Virus record (IMG/VR): IMGVR_UViG_3300033155_000407
From: a virus
Lineage: Duplodnaviria > Heunggongvirae > Uroviricota > Caudoviricetes
Direction: 5' to 3' (one strand)
DNA: 64,000 nucleotides
Below, piece after piece: positions 7,307-16,319 of the stretch (positions are counted from its first letter, which is position 1; each line of letters starts with the position of its first letter). Both the position numbers and the translations under genes were made by a program. Below the pieces are notes generated by a model that was given only the letters and a program-made list of their open reading frames with translations, searched no databases and had not been told where the DNA came from.

Positions 7307-8515
7307 ATGAGTATATTAAAATCATTAGAATTTGCTTGGAAGCACAGAGGTCAACCAGGCATACAAAGAATAGAAGGTACTACTCACCAAAGTGAACGAA
7401 GTCGCTTCTTCTTTGAAAAAAGTTATGACCATATAGAAATAGTTAGACGTGGTGTAGATATGATAGTCGATTCTGCTACAGAAATCGATGTTAGTATAAC
7501 CGGGTCTTTAAATACTAATCCTATACATAAGGGTGGAAGACAACGCCAAAAAACACTATTAACAATACTTAATTTTCGTCCAAATAAAAATGAAGATGTA
7601 AGTACGTTTAGACGTGAATTAATTATGGATTTTGTTCTTACAGGTAACTGTTACCAATATTGGGAAAAAGAAACTAGTAGTCTATACTATCTTCCCGCTA
7701 AGTTAATGGAAGTAGTTACTTCTAGTAGTGACAAAGTAAGTCACTATGAATTTGAGGGAAAGACTAAGTTCTTTCCACATGAAATCATACACACCAAAGA
7801 CAACAGTGCAACTACTCAATATACAGGCAGATCTAGATTATTCTGTACTAAGAATACAATAAATATATTGAGAAGCATGTTAGACTTCCAAGAGAACTTT
7901 TTTGACAATGGGGCTATACCAGGCCTTATTATTCAAACGCCTAATATCTTAGGCAACAAGTTAAAAGAAAAAATGCTAGTACAATGGAAAGCAAGATTTA
8001 ATCCTAAGGATGGAGGGCGTAGCCCCATGATCCTAGATGGGGACTTAAAAGTTAATCCACTTAGTACTACTAAGATTAGTGAGCTAGATTTTGAAACATC
8101 TATTGATTCACACGAAACCAAGATTCTAAAAGCACTAGGCGTACCGCCTGTACTATTAAATTCTGGTAACAATGCAAATTTAAGACCTAATATACAATTA
8201 TTTTACGAAATGACAGTTTTACCGCTAGTATCGAAACTTATTAGTTCTTACGAAAGATTCTTCGCCTATGATATGGAACCAGAAGTAGTCAAAGTAAGAG
8301 CTCTACAGCCAGAATTACGAGATGCGGCACAGTATTTTACAGGATTAGTTAACGCGGGGATTATGACCGCGGATGAAGCGCGAATTGAGCTAAGGCTCGA
8401 TCCTATGAAGGATGGGGAATCGGATAAATTAAGGATTCCAGCCAACATTGCAGGTAGCGCGACAGACCCCTCAGAGGGAGGAGCACCACCCGACCCTGAG
8501 AATGAAGACGAATAA
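7307..8515 (+). CDS. portal protein (HK97-family-like)
   Basis: 402 aa with an acidic C-terminus, located between the terminase/HNH and the capsid gene. Confidence 0.7.
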   Translation: MSILKSLEFAWKHRGQPGIQRIEGTTHQSERSRFFFEKSYDHIEIVRRGVDMIVDSATEIDVSITGSLNTNPIHKGGRQRQKTLLTILNFRPNKNEDVSTFRRELIMDFVLTGNCYQYWEKETSSLYYLPAKLMEVVTSSSDKVSHYEFEGKTKFFPHEIIHTKDNSATTQYTGRSRLFCTKNTINILRSMLDFQENFFDNGAIPGLIIQTPNILGNKLKEKMLVQWKARFNPKDGGRSPMILDGDLKVNPLSTTKISELDFETSIDSHETKILKALGVPPVLLNSGNNANLRPNIQLFYEMTVLPLVSKLISSYERFFAYDMEPEVVKVRALQPELRDAAQYFTGLVNAGIMTADEARIELRLDPMKDGESDKLRIPANIAGSATDPSEGGAPPDPENEDE

Positions 8516-8536
8516 TTTTATTCGAGGAAAATATAT

Positions 8537-10504
8537 ATGCTAACAAAAAACAAAGTTCTAAAACTCAATGTACCCTTCACAAAGGAGTTACATGATGACG
8601 ACGAAGATAACGAAGAACTTATCATTTCTGGGCTAGCAAGCACTAACGATGAAGATCGTTCGGGTGATATCATTGCGTCTGATGCCTGGAAGAAAAAGAG
8701 CGCGTTAAGAAACTATCTTAAGAACCCTGTTATTTTAGCTTTTCATGATGATTCTAGACCAATTGGTAAGACTATACATCATGAAATTCAAGAGAACGGG
8801 CTAGCTATTACAGCTAAGATTAGTAAATCAGCAGGCGATATTTTAGACCTAATCAAAGAGGGAATACTTTCCGCTTTTAGTGTTGGGTTTATGATTAAAG
8901 ATGCAGACTTCGACCCTAAATCAGGGATTTTTATGATTAAGGAAGTAGAACTTTTCGAAGTTAGTGTTGTTTCTATACCTGCTAATCAAAACGCACTTTT
9001 CAGTGTAGAGAAAAACTTCTCTAATCCTGAAGATTACAAAGAGTTTAGGAATCAATTTATCAAAAATGAGGAAACTTTAATGGAAGATAAAACCGACAAA
9101 AAAGTAGAGCAAAAAATCGATCTAGCCGTATTAGCCGCTGAAATTTCTGCGCAAATTAAGGGCGACCTTAAAGCCGAAGAAAAAGCTGTAGCTGAGGCAG
9201 AAAAAGCAGCTCAGGATGAAGTTGCAAAGATGGACGCTACTGCTACAACAGCTGCTGAACGAGTTATTAAAGACTTACGTACAGAGCTAGATGAAAATAA
9301 CGCTTCCTTCACGGAAGCACTAGAGGGTATCAGAGATGCACTTAAGAAAGAAGCTGATGATGGAGAAATTCAAAAAGCTTTAAGCGCTGAAATCACAGAC
9401 AGTAAAATGTCATTCGCGGATGTTAAGTCTAGTATTGAACAAATACCTCAAGGCACACGTGATGGTATGATGTATGCCTCTAAGATTTTCGGTTGCAAAA
9501 TCGAAGATACAAAGACTTTCAAAAACTTAGTTACTAAGTCTAATATGGAACATTGGGACTCCGGTGTTACAGGTGAGTGGGAAGATGAGTATTCAACCCG
9601 TGTACAAAATGCTCTACGTGAGCAACTAGTAGTAGAACCCCTATTTACTAGTATCGCGATGACTACGCCTACTCTAAATATGCCGATTAACCCAGAAGCT
9701 GGTGACGCTACTTGGGTGCATAGTAATGCATTCCGCTCAAGCGGTAACCCTGCTGCTGAAACCGGTGATGGTACAGATACATCAACTGGCGCGGCTCAAA
9801 ACCACCAAATTGATGAACAAGTGTTGATTGCTTACAAGCTTGCAACACGTGAGTACATCGGTTATGAAGAAGAAGAAGATAGTATTGTAGCTCTTGCTCC
9901 AATCATCACAGACGCAGTTGTTCGCAGAATGGCTCGTGCTTCTGACCTATCTTTCCTACGCGGTGGAGGTGTTCTAACATCTGCAGCTTTTGATCCTATT
10001 CTAGGACTAGAAGGCCGTGGCGCTCTAACTACTGATGTAACAATCGCTGGTGCAGCAGCTTGGGAAGCTAACTTAACAGAAGATGTAGTAGCTACAATGC
10101 GTAGAAACCTAGTACTTTACGGTATTGATTCTTCACAATTAGTACTATTAGTATCTCATGACCTTTATTACGGTCTAATGACACTACCTCTGTTCAAATC
10201 TGTTGCAGAGTACGGCCCACAAGCGGCTACCGTTCACGTTGGTGAAGTAGGTAGTATCTTTGGTGTTAAAGTACTTGTATCACAAATGTTCGATAACGCA
10301 GCTATTACAACTGGAACATTAACAACAACACTTGGAATCATGTGTCGTCCAGCTAACTTCATACGAGGTGAGCTACGCGGAATCATGACTGAGGCTGATC
10401 GTGATATCATCAACCAGAAACGAGTTCTTGTTTCTAGTCGTAGATTTGCGTTCAACGATATTATCACAGGCCAAGGTACTGTGAACTTAGAAATCTCTTC
10501 TTAA
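8537..10504 (+). CDS. fused prohead protease (HK97 S78-like) / coiled-coil scaffold / major capsid protein (HK97 fold)
   Basis: N-terminal protease motifs (AFHDDSRPIGKT...FSVGF...EVSVVSIPANQNA), a central E/K/A-rich coiled coil, and a C-terminal 300 aa typical of an HK97-fold MCP. Confidence 0.8.
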   Translation: MLTKNKVLKLNVPFTKELHDDDEDNEELIISGLASTNDEDRSGDIIASDAWKKKSALRNYLKNPVILAFHDDSRPIGKTIHHEIQENGLAITAKISKSAGDILDLIKEGILSAFSVGFMIKDADFDPKSGIFMIKEVELFEVSVVSIPANQNALFSVEKNFSNPEDYKEFRNQFIKNEETLMEDKTDKKVEQKIDLAVLAAEISAQIKGDLKAEEKAVAEAEKAAQDEVAKMDATATTAAERVIKDLRTELDENNASFTEALEGIRDALKKEADDGEIQKALSAEITDSKMSFADVKSSIEQIPQGTRDGMMYASKIFGCKIEDTKTFKNLVTKSNMEHWDSGVTGEWEDEYSTRVQNALREQLVVEPLFTSIAMTTPTLNMPINPEAGDATWVHSNAFRSSGNPAAETGDGTDTSTGAAQNHQIDEQVLIAYKLATREYIGYEEEEDSIVALAPIITDAVVRRMARASDLSFLRGGGVLTSAAFDPILGLEGRGALTTDVTIAGAAAWEANLTEDVVATMRRNLVLYGIDSSQLVLLVSHDLYYGLMTLPLFKSVAEYGPQAATVHVGEVGSIFGVKVLVSQMFDNAAITTGTLTTTLGIMCRPANFIRGELRGIMTEADRDIINQKRVLVSSRRFAFNDIITGQGTVNLEISS

Positions 10505-10524
10505 TAGTTGAGGTATATTTGTTG

Positions 10525-10554
10525 AAAAAGTGGGGGAATTTTCCCCCACTTTTT
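10525..10554 (+). terminator. rho-independent terminator after the capsid gene
   Basis: aaaaagtggggga-attt-tcccccacttttt, a perfect 13-bp stem followed by a T-run. Confidence 0.75.
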
Positions 10555-10570
10555 ACTACGTAGGGATACT

Positions 10571-11173
10571 ATGACCGACTTAATAGATTTAGATTGTTAC
10601 AAAGAAGCCAAAGGAATCAAGAGTACTTTAAAAGATGGTCAACATCAGACTTTAATTACTCAGGTTAGTGCGCTTGTTGAAACATACTGTAATAGAAAGT
10701 TCATAGAACACTCTACCGTTCAAACTGCAATAACAGAATGGAAAGATGGTAAAACTAATTTAATTTATTTAGATAAGTTTCCTGTACTTAGTGTAGTTAG
10801 TGTAAAAACATCGCAGGATGGTGGCACTAATCAAACTACTTTAACTGAAGGAGATTCAGCAAAAGGTGGTTATTACGCGGATCTAGAGAATGGAACCGTA
10901 ATGACTCAGGTAGCACTAGAGAAATTTGTAGATACTTATGATGTATCTTACAGAAGTCTAGAGATCGTTTATACCTACGGTTATATAACAGGCAATTTAC
11001 CTAAAGAACTTGAATTAGCAATGGTTGATTTAGTACACTACTATGATAGTGGTGAAAATATACCTAGTAAGAGTTTGCTAGGTGCTACTGTTGATAATGC
11101 ACAACCTTATTTAGCTAATAGTTTCCCTCCACATATCCGCAGAATACTAGATCTTTATAGGTATTCCCCTTGA
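10571..11173 (+). CDS. head-tail connector (gp6-like adaptor) protein
   Basis: N-terminal pattern LIDLDCYKEAKGIKSTLKDGQHQTLITQVSALVETYCNRKFI is typical of gp6-like connectors; the position fits. Confidence 0.5.
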   Translation: MTDLIDLDCYKEAKGIKSTLKDGQHQTLITQVSALVETYCNRKFIEHSTVQTAITEWKDGKTNLIYLDKFPVLSVVSVKTSQDGGTNQTTLTEGDSAKGGYYADLENGTVMTQVALEKFVDTYDVSYRSLEIVYTYGYITGNLPKELELAMVDLVHYYDSGENIPSKSLLGATVDNAQPYLANSFPPHIRRILDLYRYSP

Positions 11174-12780
11174 GTGTTACAAATCCTAAATTTAAAGCAT
11201 TATTAAGAGCTATAGAGAGATCTTTAATACAAGGGGCAGCTCAGGCTTCAAGGGATAGAAAGGAAGCAAGAATTCAAGAAGTAGCTATAAATGCAACAGA
11301 GATTTTATCGGAAATTACTAGTATCTTTTCCCCCTTCAAAGTACCTGGTAGGGAAGTAAGTGATTCAGACTTAGGACCTATATCTAAAACAATAGCTAAT
11401 GATCTTTGGTCATTATTTAAAACACATACAAAAGGTAAGCATTTTGTCGTAGGACAAGAACGTGACTTCTTAAACCATGTGGGGATAGCCTTCTTATTCG
11501 ATGATGCTAGAAGAGTTATATTTGCAAAGAGTTCCAAATCTACAGATAATCAAGAAATATTCAGAGCTAATGCTATGAAGCCTGTTCAAGATGTGGTAAA
11601 AGGTAGAGGTTTAGGGGATCCCACTAATTTATTTATTAATAAACATCCGGAATATCAACAAAGATGGAATAATCTAAATAAACTTCTAACAGATGAATTT
11701 GATAAGTCTCCTGAAGGAAAAGCTTTACAAGGTAAAGAACATAGAAGAGCTTATATTAAGAAATTAGAAAATATAAGAAGCCCAAAAAGGGGGGCAGCTT
11801 TTGGTTCTTATCCGACCTTTTTCTGGAGTAAGAAATTTACAGATTTAAAAGCTGAGTTTGGATCAGTTAATTTAGGCGGAACCCAACTAGGCCATGCTTT
11901 CGGGGGGCAAGTAAGCATAGCTACTAATTTAGTAGAGAATAGGGATGATTTTTTACTGGCGGAAACCGCCGAAGAAATAAAGTTAATATCTACTATTCCA
12001 GCAAGTTTTGATACTTCAGCTTTAAAAGCTGGTATATTTAAAGTTGCTCAATCGGATGCTAATGTAGAATTCAAACGCACTAGTGTAAGAAATGAAATAC
12101 TTGGTGAAATAACTATTCTACTTCCAGAATTAAAAGATAAAAATCAAAAGGAAGGTTCTGACGCTCAAAAAGCCTTCAATACTCTTGTAGTACCAGAATT
12201 ATTAAAAATAAAGGAATTAATAGTAGATGCTAAAGGCAGTCTTAGTATTAATGATTTAATAACTGAAAGAATAGAACTTGAATTTTTAGGTAAGAAATCT
12301 AAAAATAGAACTTTTATAACAAGAGCTAAAATAAAAAGAAGAGAAGTTAGAGTACCTACTAATCGTATGCGTATAAAGGGTGCGCAGATGAAAGTCAAGA
12401 AGACTACTGGAAGACTTAGAGAAAATAAAGATGGTAGTCTAAACTTACAGTCTCTTATGGCGTTTCTAAATACAAAATTACACGATAAAATTAAAGAAAA
12501 TATGGGGAAGGGGACCTCTACTACTATCTTGAATTATAGAACTGGTAGATTTGCTAGATCGGCAAGAATAAAAGCACTATTGCCTAGCAAAGAAAAGGGT
12601 TCTATTAATGCTAGAGTTAAATATATGAGGAACCCCTATGGAGTATTTGAACCGGGTAACACTAAATTATCTAAGCCGGGTAGAAGTCCTGCAAGAATTT
12701 TTGGGAGAAGTATTAGACAACTTTTACAAGAAGAAAAAATCGCTACACTTAGAAGAGTAAAGGTAGAATTAATTGGCTAA
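11170..12780 (+). CDS. hypothetical virion-module protein with a highly basic C-terminal third
   Basis: 536 aa; K/R-rich C-terminus (RAKIKRREVRVPTNRMRIKGAQMKVKKTTGRLR...); function unknown. Confidence 0.45.
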   Translation: MSVTNPKFKALLRAIERSLIQGAAQASRDRKEARIQEVAINATEILSEITSIFSPFKVPGREVSDSDLGPISKTIANDLWSLFKTHTKGKHFVVGQERDFLNHVGIAFLFDDARRVIFAKSSKSTDNQEIFRANAMKPVQDVVKGRGLGDPTNLFINKHPEYQQRWNNLNKLLTDEFDKSPEGKALQGKEHRRAYIKKLENIRSPKRGAAFGSYPTFFWSKKFTDLKAEFGSVNLGGTQLGHAFGGQVSIATNLVENRDDFLLAETAEEIKLISTIPASFDTSALKAGIFKVAQSDANVEFKRTSVRNEILGEITILLPELKDKNQKEGSDAQKAFNTLVVPELLKIKELIVDAKGSLSINDLITERIELEFLGKKSKNRTFITRAKIKRREVRVPTNRMRIKGAQMKVKKTTGRLRENKDGSLNLQSLMAFLNTKLHDKIKENMGKGTSTTILNYRTGRFARSARIKALLPSKEKGSINARVKYMRNPYGVFEPGNTKLSKPGRSPARIFGRSIRQLLQEEKIATLRRVKVELIG

Positions 12781-13207
12781 CACACGAACACAGATAGTAG
12801 AGGCGATAAAAGACCTATTCGTAGCTAACTTAGATGGGACTAGCCCCTATACTACAAACGTATTTGAAAATGTAAAAGCTAAACAGATATTTTGGGATGA
12901 AATAGATGACTATCCCACTATATGTTTGTATTCCGGAATTGAAACTAGAGAGTATTTGCCCGGAGGATTTAGGTGGGCATTTTTAACAGTAAACATACGC
13001 GTCTATGTCCAAGATGAGGACGCAAAAGACAGATTAGAAGAAATTTTTGATGACATCGAAGTTGTATTAGATTCGAACAATGACCTTACAGTAGCGGGTA
13101 ATAACCTTAGCACTGACATAAGGATACTTTCGTTCAGCGACGATGAAGGATTATTAAGCCCTCTGGGAGTAGGAGAAATAGTTTTAGAGGTGCGATATGA
13201 AGTATAA
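12773..13207 (+). CDS. putative head-tail joining / tail terminator protein
   Basis: 144-aa acidic protein between the connector and the tube genes. Confidence 0.4.
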   Translation: MANTRTQIVEAIKDLFVANLDGTSPYTTNVFENVKAKQIFWDEIDDYPTICLYSGIETREYLPGGFRWAFLTVNIRVYVQDEDAKDRLEEIFDDIEVVLDSNNDLTVAGNNLSTDIRILSFSDDEGLLSPLGVGEIVLEVRYEV

Positions 13208-13224
13208 CACGAGGAGAAATATAA

Positions 13225-14448
13225 ATGGCATTTAGTTTATCCAGAAATGCTAAGTTGTTTGTAACAACTAGCCAAACTATTGCAGCAATGACCAACGCTA
13301 ATACCTGGGAAATACCTATCTTGGATGGTTTCTCATTTAGTGCTGCCACTGCTACGCAGGAAATTGAAATCAGTGAGGCGGGAACAACACCTGTTCGTGG
13401 CCAACAAGTTTTCACTACTGCTATTGAACCGGTAAATTGGAATTTGCAAGCTTATATGCGCCCAAGATTCAATACACTCAACACACAAGTTGACGCTGTA
13501 GAAAGAATTCTTTGGGAAGCTTTAGCAGCTTCAGGTACTACAAATTTAGTGGCTACCAATACCGATGGTAACGCCACAACAAGAAATGCTGGTGGAACCG
13601 GAGGTCTAGCTATAGATTTTACAGATTCAAACACAAACGAGCTATTGAAGCTATCCCTAGTATTTAATCTAGGAACTACTGGTACTCCAGTATGGTACCA
13701 TGTTGTAGGTGCTGTTGTAGATACTGCCGAAGTTGATTTCGCTATCGATGCTATTGCATCTATCTCTTGGACCGGTTTTGGTACAAGTGTAACAGAAGTG
13801 ACAGCGGGCGGAGATTTAACAGTACTATCTAACATGTTGACAGATGGTGCAACAGATGATTGGGAAAGCGGTGGTTTCCCCGACGGTACAGCAGGTTACT
13901 TACCTGCACCTACAGGTGTTCAAGCTTGTATTAGAAACAAGCTATCAACAGTATCATTAGTGGGTACATCTGGTAAAGCTTATAGTAACTCATACGTACT
14001 AGCTTTAACAGGTGGTACATTGACAATTGCTAATAACATTACGTTCTTAACACCCGAAGCTTTGGGTGTTGTAAATAACCCTTGTGGTCACTTTACAGGA
14101 CAGAGAACAATTAGTGGTAATATGACTGCTTACCTGAAAACTGGTGGAACAAACGACACCGCAGATTTATTGAGAGATATTACGACTCACTCTAATTCTA
14201 CGACTGGCGCAGATCCAACAGACTTTGAATTAACAATTAATGTAGGTGGTATAGCTCCGGCTTCACCATTCGATACACCAGTTGTACAGTTCTTAATGTC
14301 AGGTACACACTTAATCATTCCTACAATCAATATTGAAGATGTAGTTTCTGTTGATATTGGATTTAATGCTCTACCTTACACAGGTACAGCACCGGATCCC
14401 GCAGCATTTAATGAATTAACTGTTGCATATCACGCTAACGAAGGTTAA
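13225..14448 (+). CDS. major tail tube protein, paralog 1
   Basis: 407 aa followed by a strong terminator; paralogous to the next gene (TAEVDFAIDAIASISWTGFG vs TAEFRFDINGIAEITWSGRA; AYLKTGGTND...ELTINVGG vs FYLKTGDSPV...LVTINVGG). Confidence 0.6.
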   Translation: MAFSLSRNAKLFVTTSQTIAAMTNANTWEIPILDGFSFSAATATQEIEISEAGTTPVRGQQVFTTAIEPVNWNLQAYMRPRFNTLNTQVDAVERILWEALAASGTTNLVATNTDGNATTRNAGGTGGLAIDFTDSNTNELLKLSLVFNLGTTGTPVWYHVVGAVVDTAEVDFAIDAIASISWTGFGTSVTEVTAGGDLTVLSNMLTDGATDDWESGGFPDGTAGYLPAPTGVQACIRNKLSTVSLVGTSGKAYSNSYVLALTGGTLTIANNITFLTPEALGVVNNPCGHFTGQRTISGNMTAYLKTGGTNDTADLLRDITTHSNSTTGADPTDFELTINVGGIAPASPFDTPVVQFLMSGTHLIIPTINIEDVVSVDIGFNALPYTGTAPDPAAFNELTVAYHANEG

Positions 14449-14457
14449 TAAAGATAA

Positions 14458-14490
14458 TAGGTGGGGTGCAACGCCCCACCTATTTTATTG
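14458..14490 (+). terminator. rho-independent terminator
   Basis: taggtgggg-tgcaacg-ccccaccta followed by ttttatt. Confidence 0.7.
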
Positions 14491-14500
14491 AGGAATTAAT

Positions 14501-15520
14501 ATGGCTTTCTTTTATAAAAGAAACACTGATATATACATTTCAAAAGCTGCCGACGCTAGTGCTAATGCAACTAACACGGTACAGTTGAAAGTAAAAGATT
14601 TTTCTTATAATCAGAGTAGCCAGGTAGTAGGGGTAGGTAGAAATACTCTAGACCCTACTCAATCGAGAACACCGGTACCACATATAGCCAGTGTATCTCC
14701 GGTAACATTTACTTTTGTTACTTATGTACTTCCAGTAGTAGATACTAATGTAACTAGCCCAGAAGAATATCTATGGGTTAGTTTAATGGGAGTAGACACT
14801 CTGAGCAGTAATCCTACTAGCTCTACTATAGATTTTGCGAATGGCAATGTGGCCGAACTGCAAAATCTCACGATCTGGTTCGATCAACCAACTCATACCG
14901 AAGGAAATTACAGGTTAGATAACGCTATTGTAGATACTGCCGAATTTAGGTTCGACATTAATGGCATAGCTGAGATTACTTGGTCCGGGCGCGCACTTAA
15001 TATTACAGAAGATAATACTCCCCCTGATTCTACGGACCGTACTGCGGTTACTACTTATATTAAAAATAGACCATCTACTATAACTTTAAATATGAATTCA
15101 GTAGATTATACGGTAGCACTTACTGGTGGTAGTATAAAATTTGACAACCGAAATACTTTTTACGGTAGAAATGTTCTTGAAGCAACAACGGTTGCAGTAG
15201 GACATGTTACAGGTAATAGAGAAGTAAAAGGAACATTAGATTTCTACTTGAAGACTGGAGATTCTCCAGTAATCGGAACCGTGGACTTATTCAATGAATT
15301 ATTGAATAACGTTACAAATACAGACTATGAGACTACCCACGAAGCTCTAGTCACAATAAATGTTGGAGGAGTTACAAATACTCCTAGAGTTACATTTACT
15401 CTACCTCAGGCACTATTAGAATTACCCCGCCAAAATTTTGGCGAAGTATACACGATTAGTGTACCCTTCAGGGCCAAAGAACAAACCGGCAGTTATAATA
15501 CTGTCATTTATACAGCTTAA
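14501..15520 (+). CDS. tail tube protein, paralog 2
   Basis: 339 aa; shares motifs with 13225..14448. Confidence 0.55.
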   Translation: MAFFYKRNTDIYISKAADASANATNTVQLKVKDFSYNQSSQVVGVGRNTLDPTQSRTPVPHIASVSPVTFTFVTYVLPVVDTNVTSPEEYLWVSLMGVDTLSSNPTSSTIDFANGNVAELQNLTIWFDQPTHTEGNYRLDNAIVDTAEFRFDINGIAEITWSGRALNITEDNTPPDSTDRTAVTTYIKNRPSTITLNMNSVDYTVALTGGSIKFDNRNTFYGRNVLEATTVAVGHVTGNREVKGTLDFYLKTGDSPVIGTVDLFNELLNNVTNTDYETTHEALVTINVGGVTNTPRVTFTLPQALLELPRQNFGEVYTISVPFRAKEQTGSYNTVIYTA

Positions 15521-15534
15521 AGAGGTTTTTAACC

Positions 15535-15990
15535 ATGGACTTAAAAAATATGCTACTACCAGAAAAGGTGGTAACGTTCGAATTTCCTGGGTGCGAAGGT
15601 TTATCTTTCGACCTTGCTTTTTTATCTAAAGAAAGCAACCAGGCACTATACAAAAAATGTCAAAGAACTAAGTTTGACAAACAAAGGAATGAAGTTGAAG
15701 ACTTTGATGATGTATTGTTTCTTCAACTATACGTAAAATCTATCGTCAAGGGGTGGAAAGGATTTAAATTAAATTACCTAACAGAATTCGTATTAGCGGA
15801 TGTAGGTAGTCACGGAGAAGAAGAGTTAGATTTCTCAGATGAAAACGCTTTAGAGTTAATGAAGAACAGTGTACTGTTTGATAATTGGGTTAGTAAGGTT
15901 ATTGCAGACCTGGGAAACTTCACTACGAGCGTCTCGAAGACGAAATTGGAAGACTTGAAAGATACGTCAAAGAGTCCAGCTCGGGATTAA
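15535..15990 (+). CDS. tail assembly chaperone (G-like)
   Basis: 151-aa acidic protein immediately upstream of the tape measure; it contains the slippery heptamer G GGA AAC at 15912-15918. Confidence 0.55.
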   Translation: MDLKNMLLPEKVVTFEFPGCEGLSFDLAFLSKESNQALYKKCQRTKFDKQRNEVEDFDDVLFLQLYVKSIVKGWKGFKLNYLTEFVLADVGSHGEEELDFSDENALELMKNSVLFDNWVSKVIADLGNFTTSVSKTKLEDLKDTSKSPARD

Positions 15991-16319
15991 GTAAAGAACA
16001 ATATTTAGAAATGTGTGAAATGATGGGCAGTGAACCATTGGAAGAAGAAATGCCAGCAGAAAGAGGGGATCTATATATAGAAACTCAAATGGTATTAAAT
16101 TTGTATGATAAGCTGCCCGCTAAGTGGGAAGGAATGTCTGGAAGTTACTTAGGTAAGGACCTACTATTATTACCCATATTATGTGAAGAATTTGATATAG
16201 AAGATTGTATCAGAAAATATGCTTGGAATATTATACCCATAATAGATAGTTATGTGGCACAAGATATAGCCGAGAAAATAAAACGCCAATCGAAAGGAAA
16301 CACTAGTGGCTCAAGTTGA
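15897..16319 (+). CDS. T-portion of a predicted G-T -1 frameshift fusion chaperone (the -1 frame is open from 15897; the ATG at 16011 only if made independently)
   Basis: The -1 frame relative to G overlaps the G ORF by about 90 nt and contains a canonical X_XXY_YYZ site (GGGAAAC); this is the conserved lambda G/GT arrangement. Confidence 0.45.
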   Translation, partial: GYCRPGKLHYERLEDEIGRLERYVKESSSGLSKEQYLEMCEMMGSEPLEEEMPAERGDLYIETQMVLNLYDKLPAKWEGMSGSYLGKDLLLLPILCEEFDIEDCIRKYAWNIIPIIDSYVAQDIAEKIKRQSKGNTSGSS

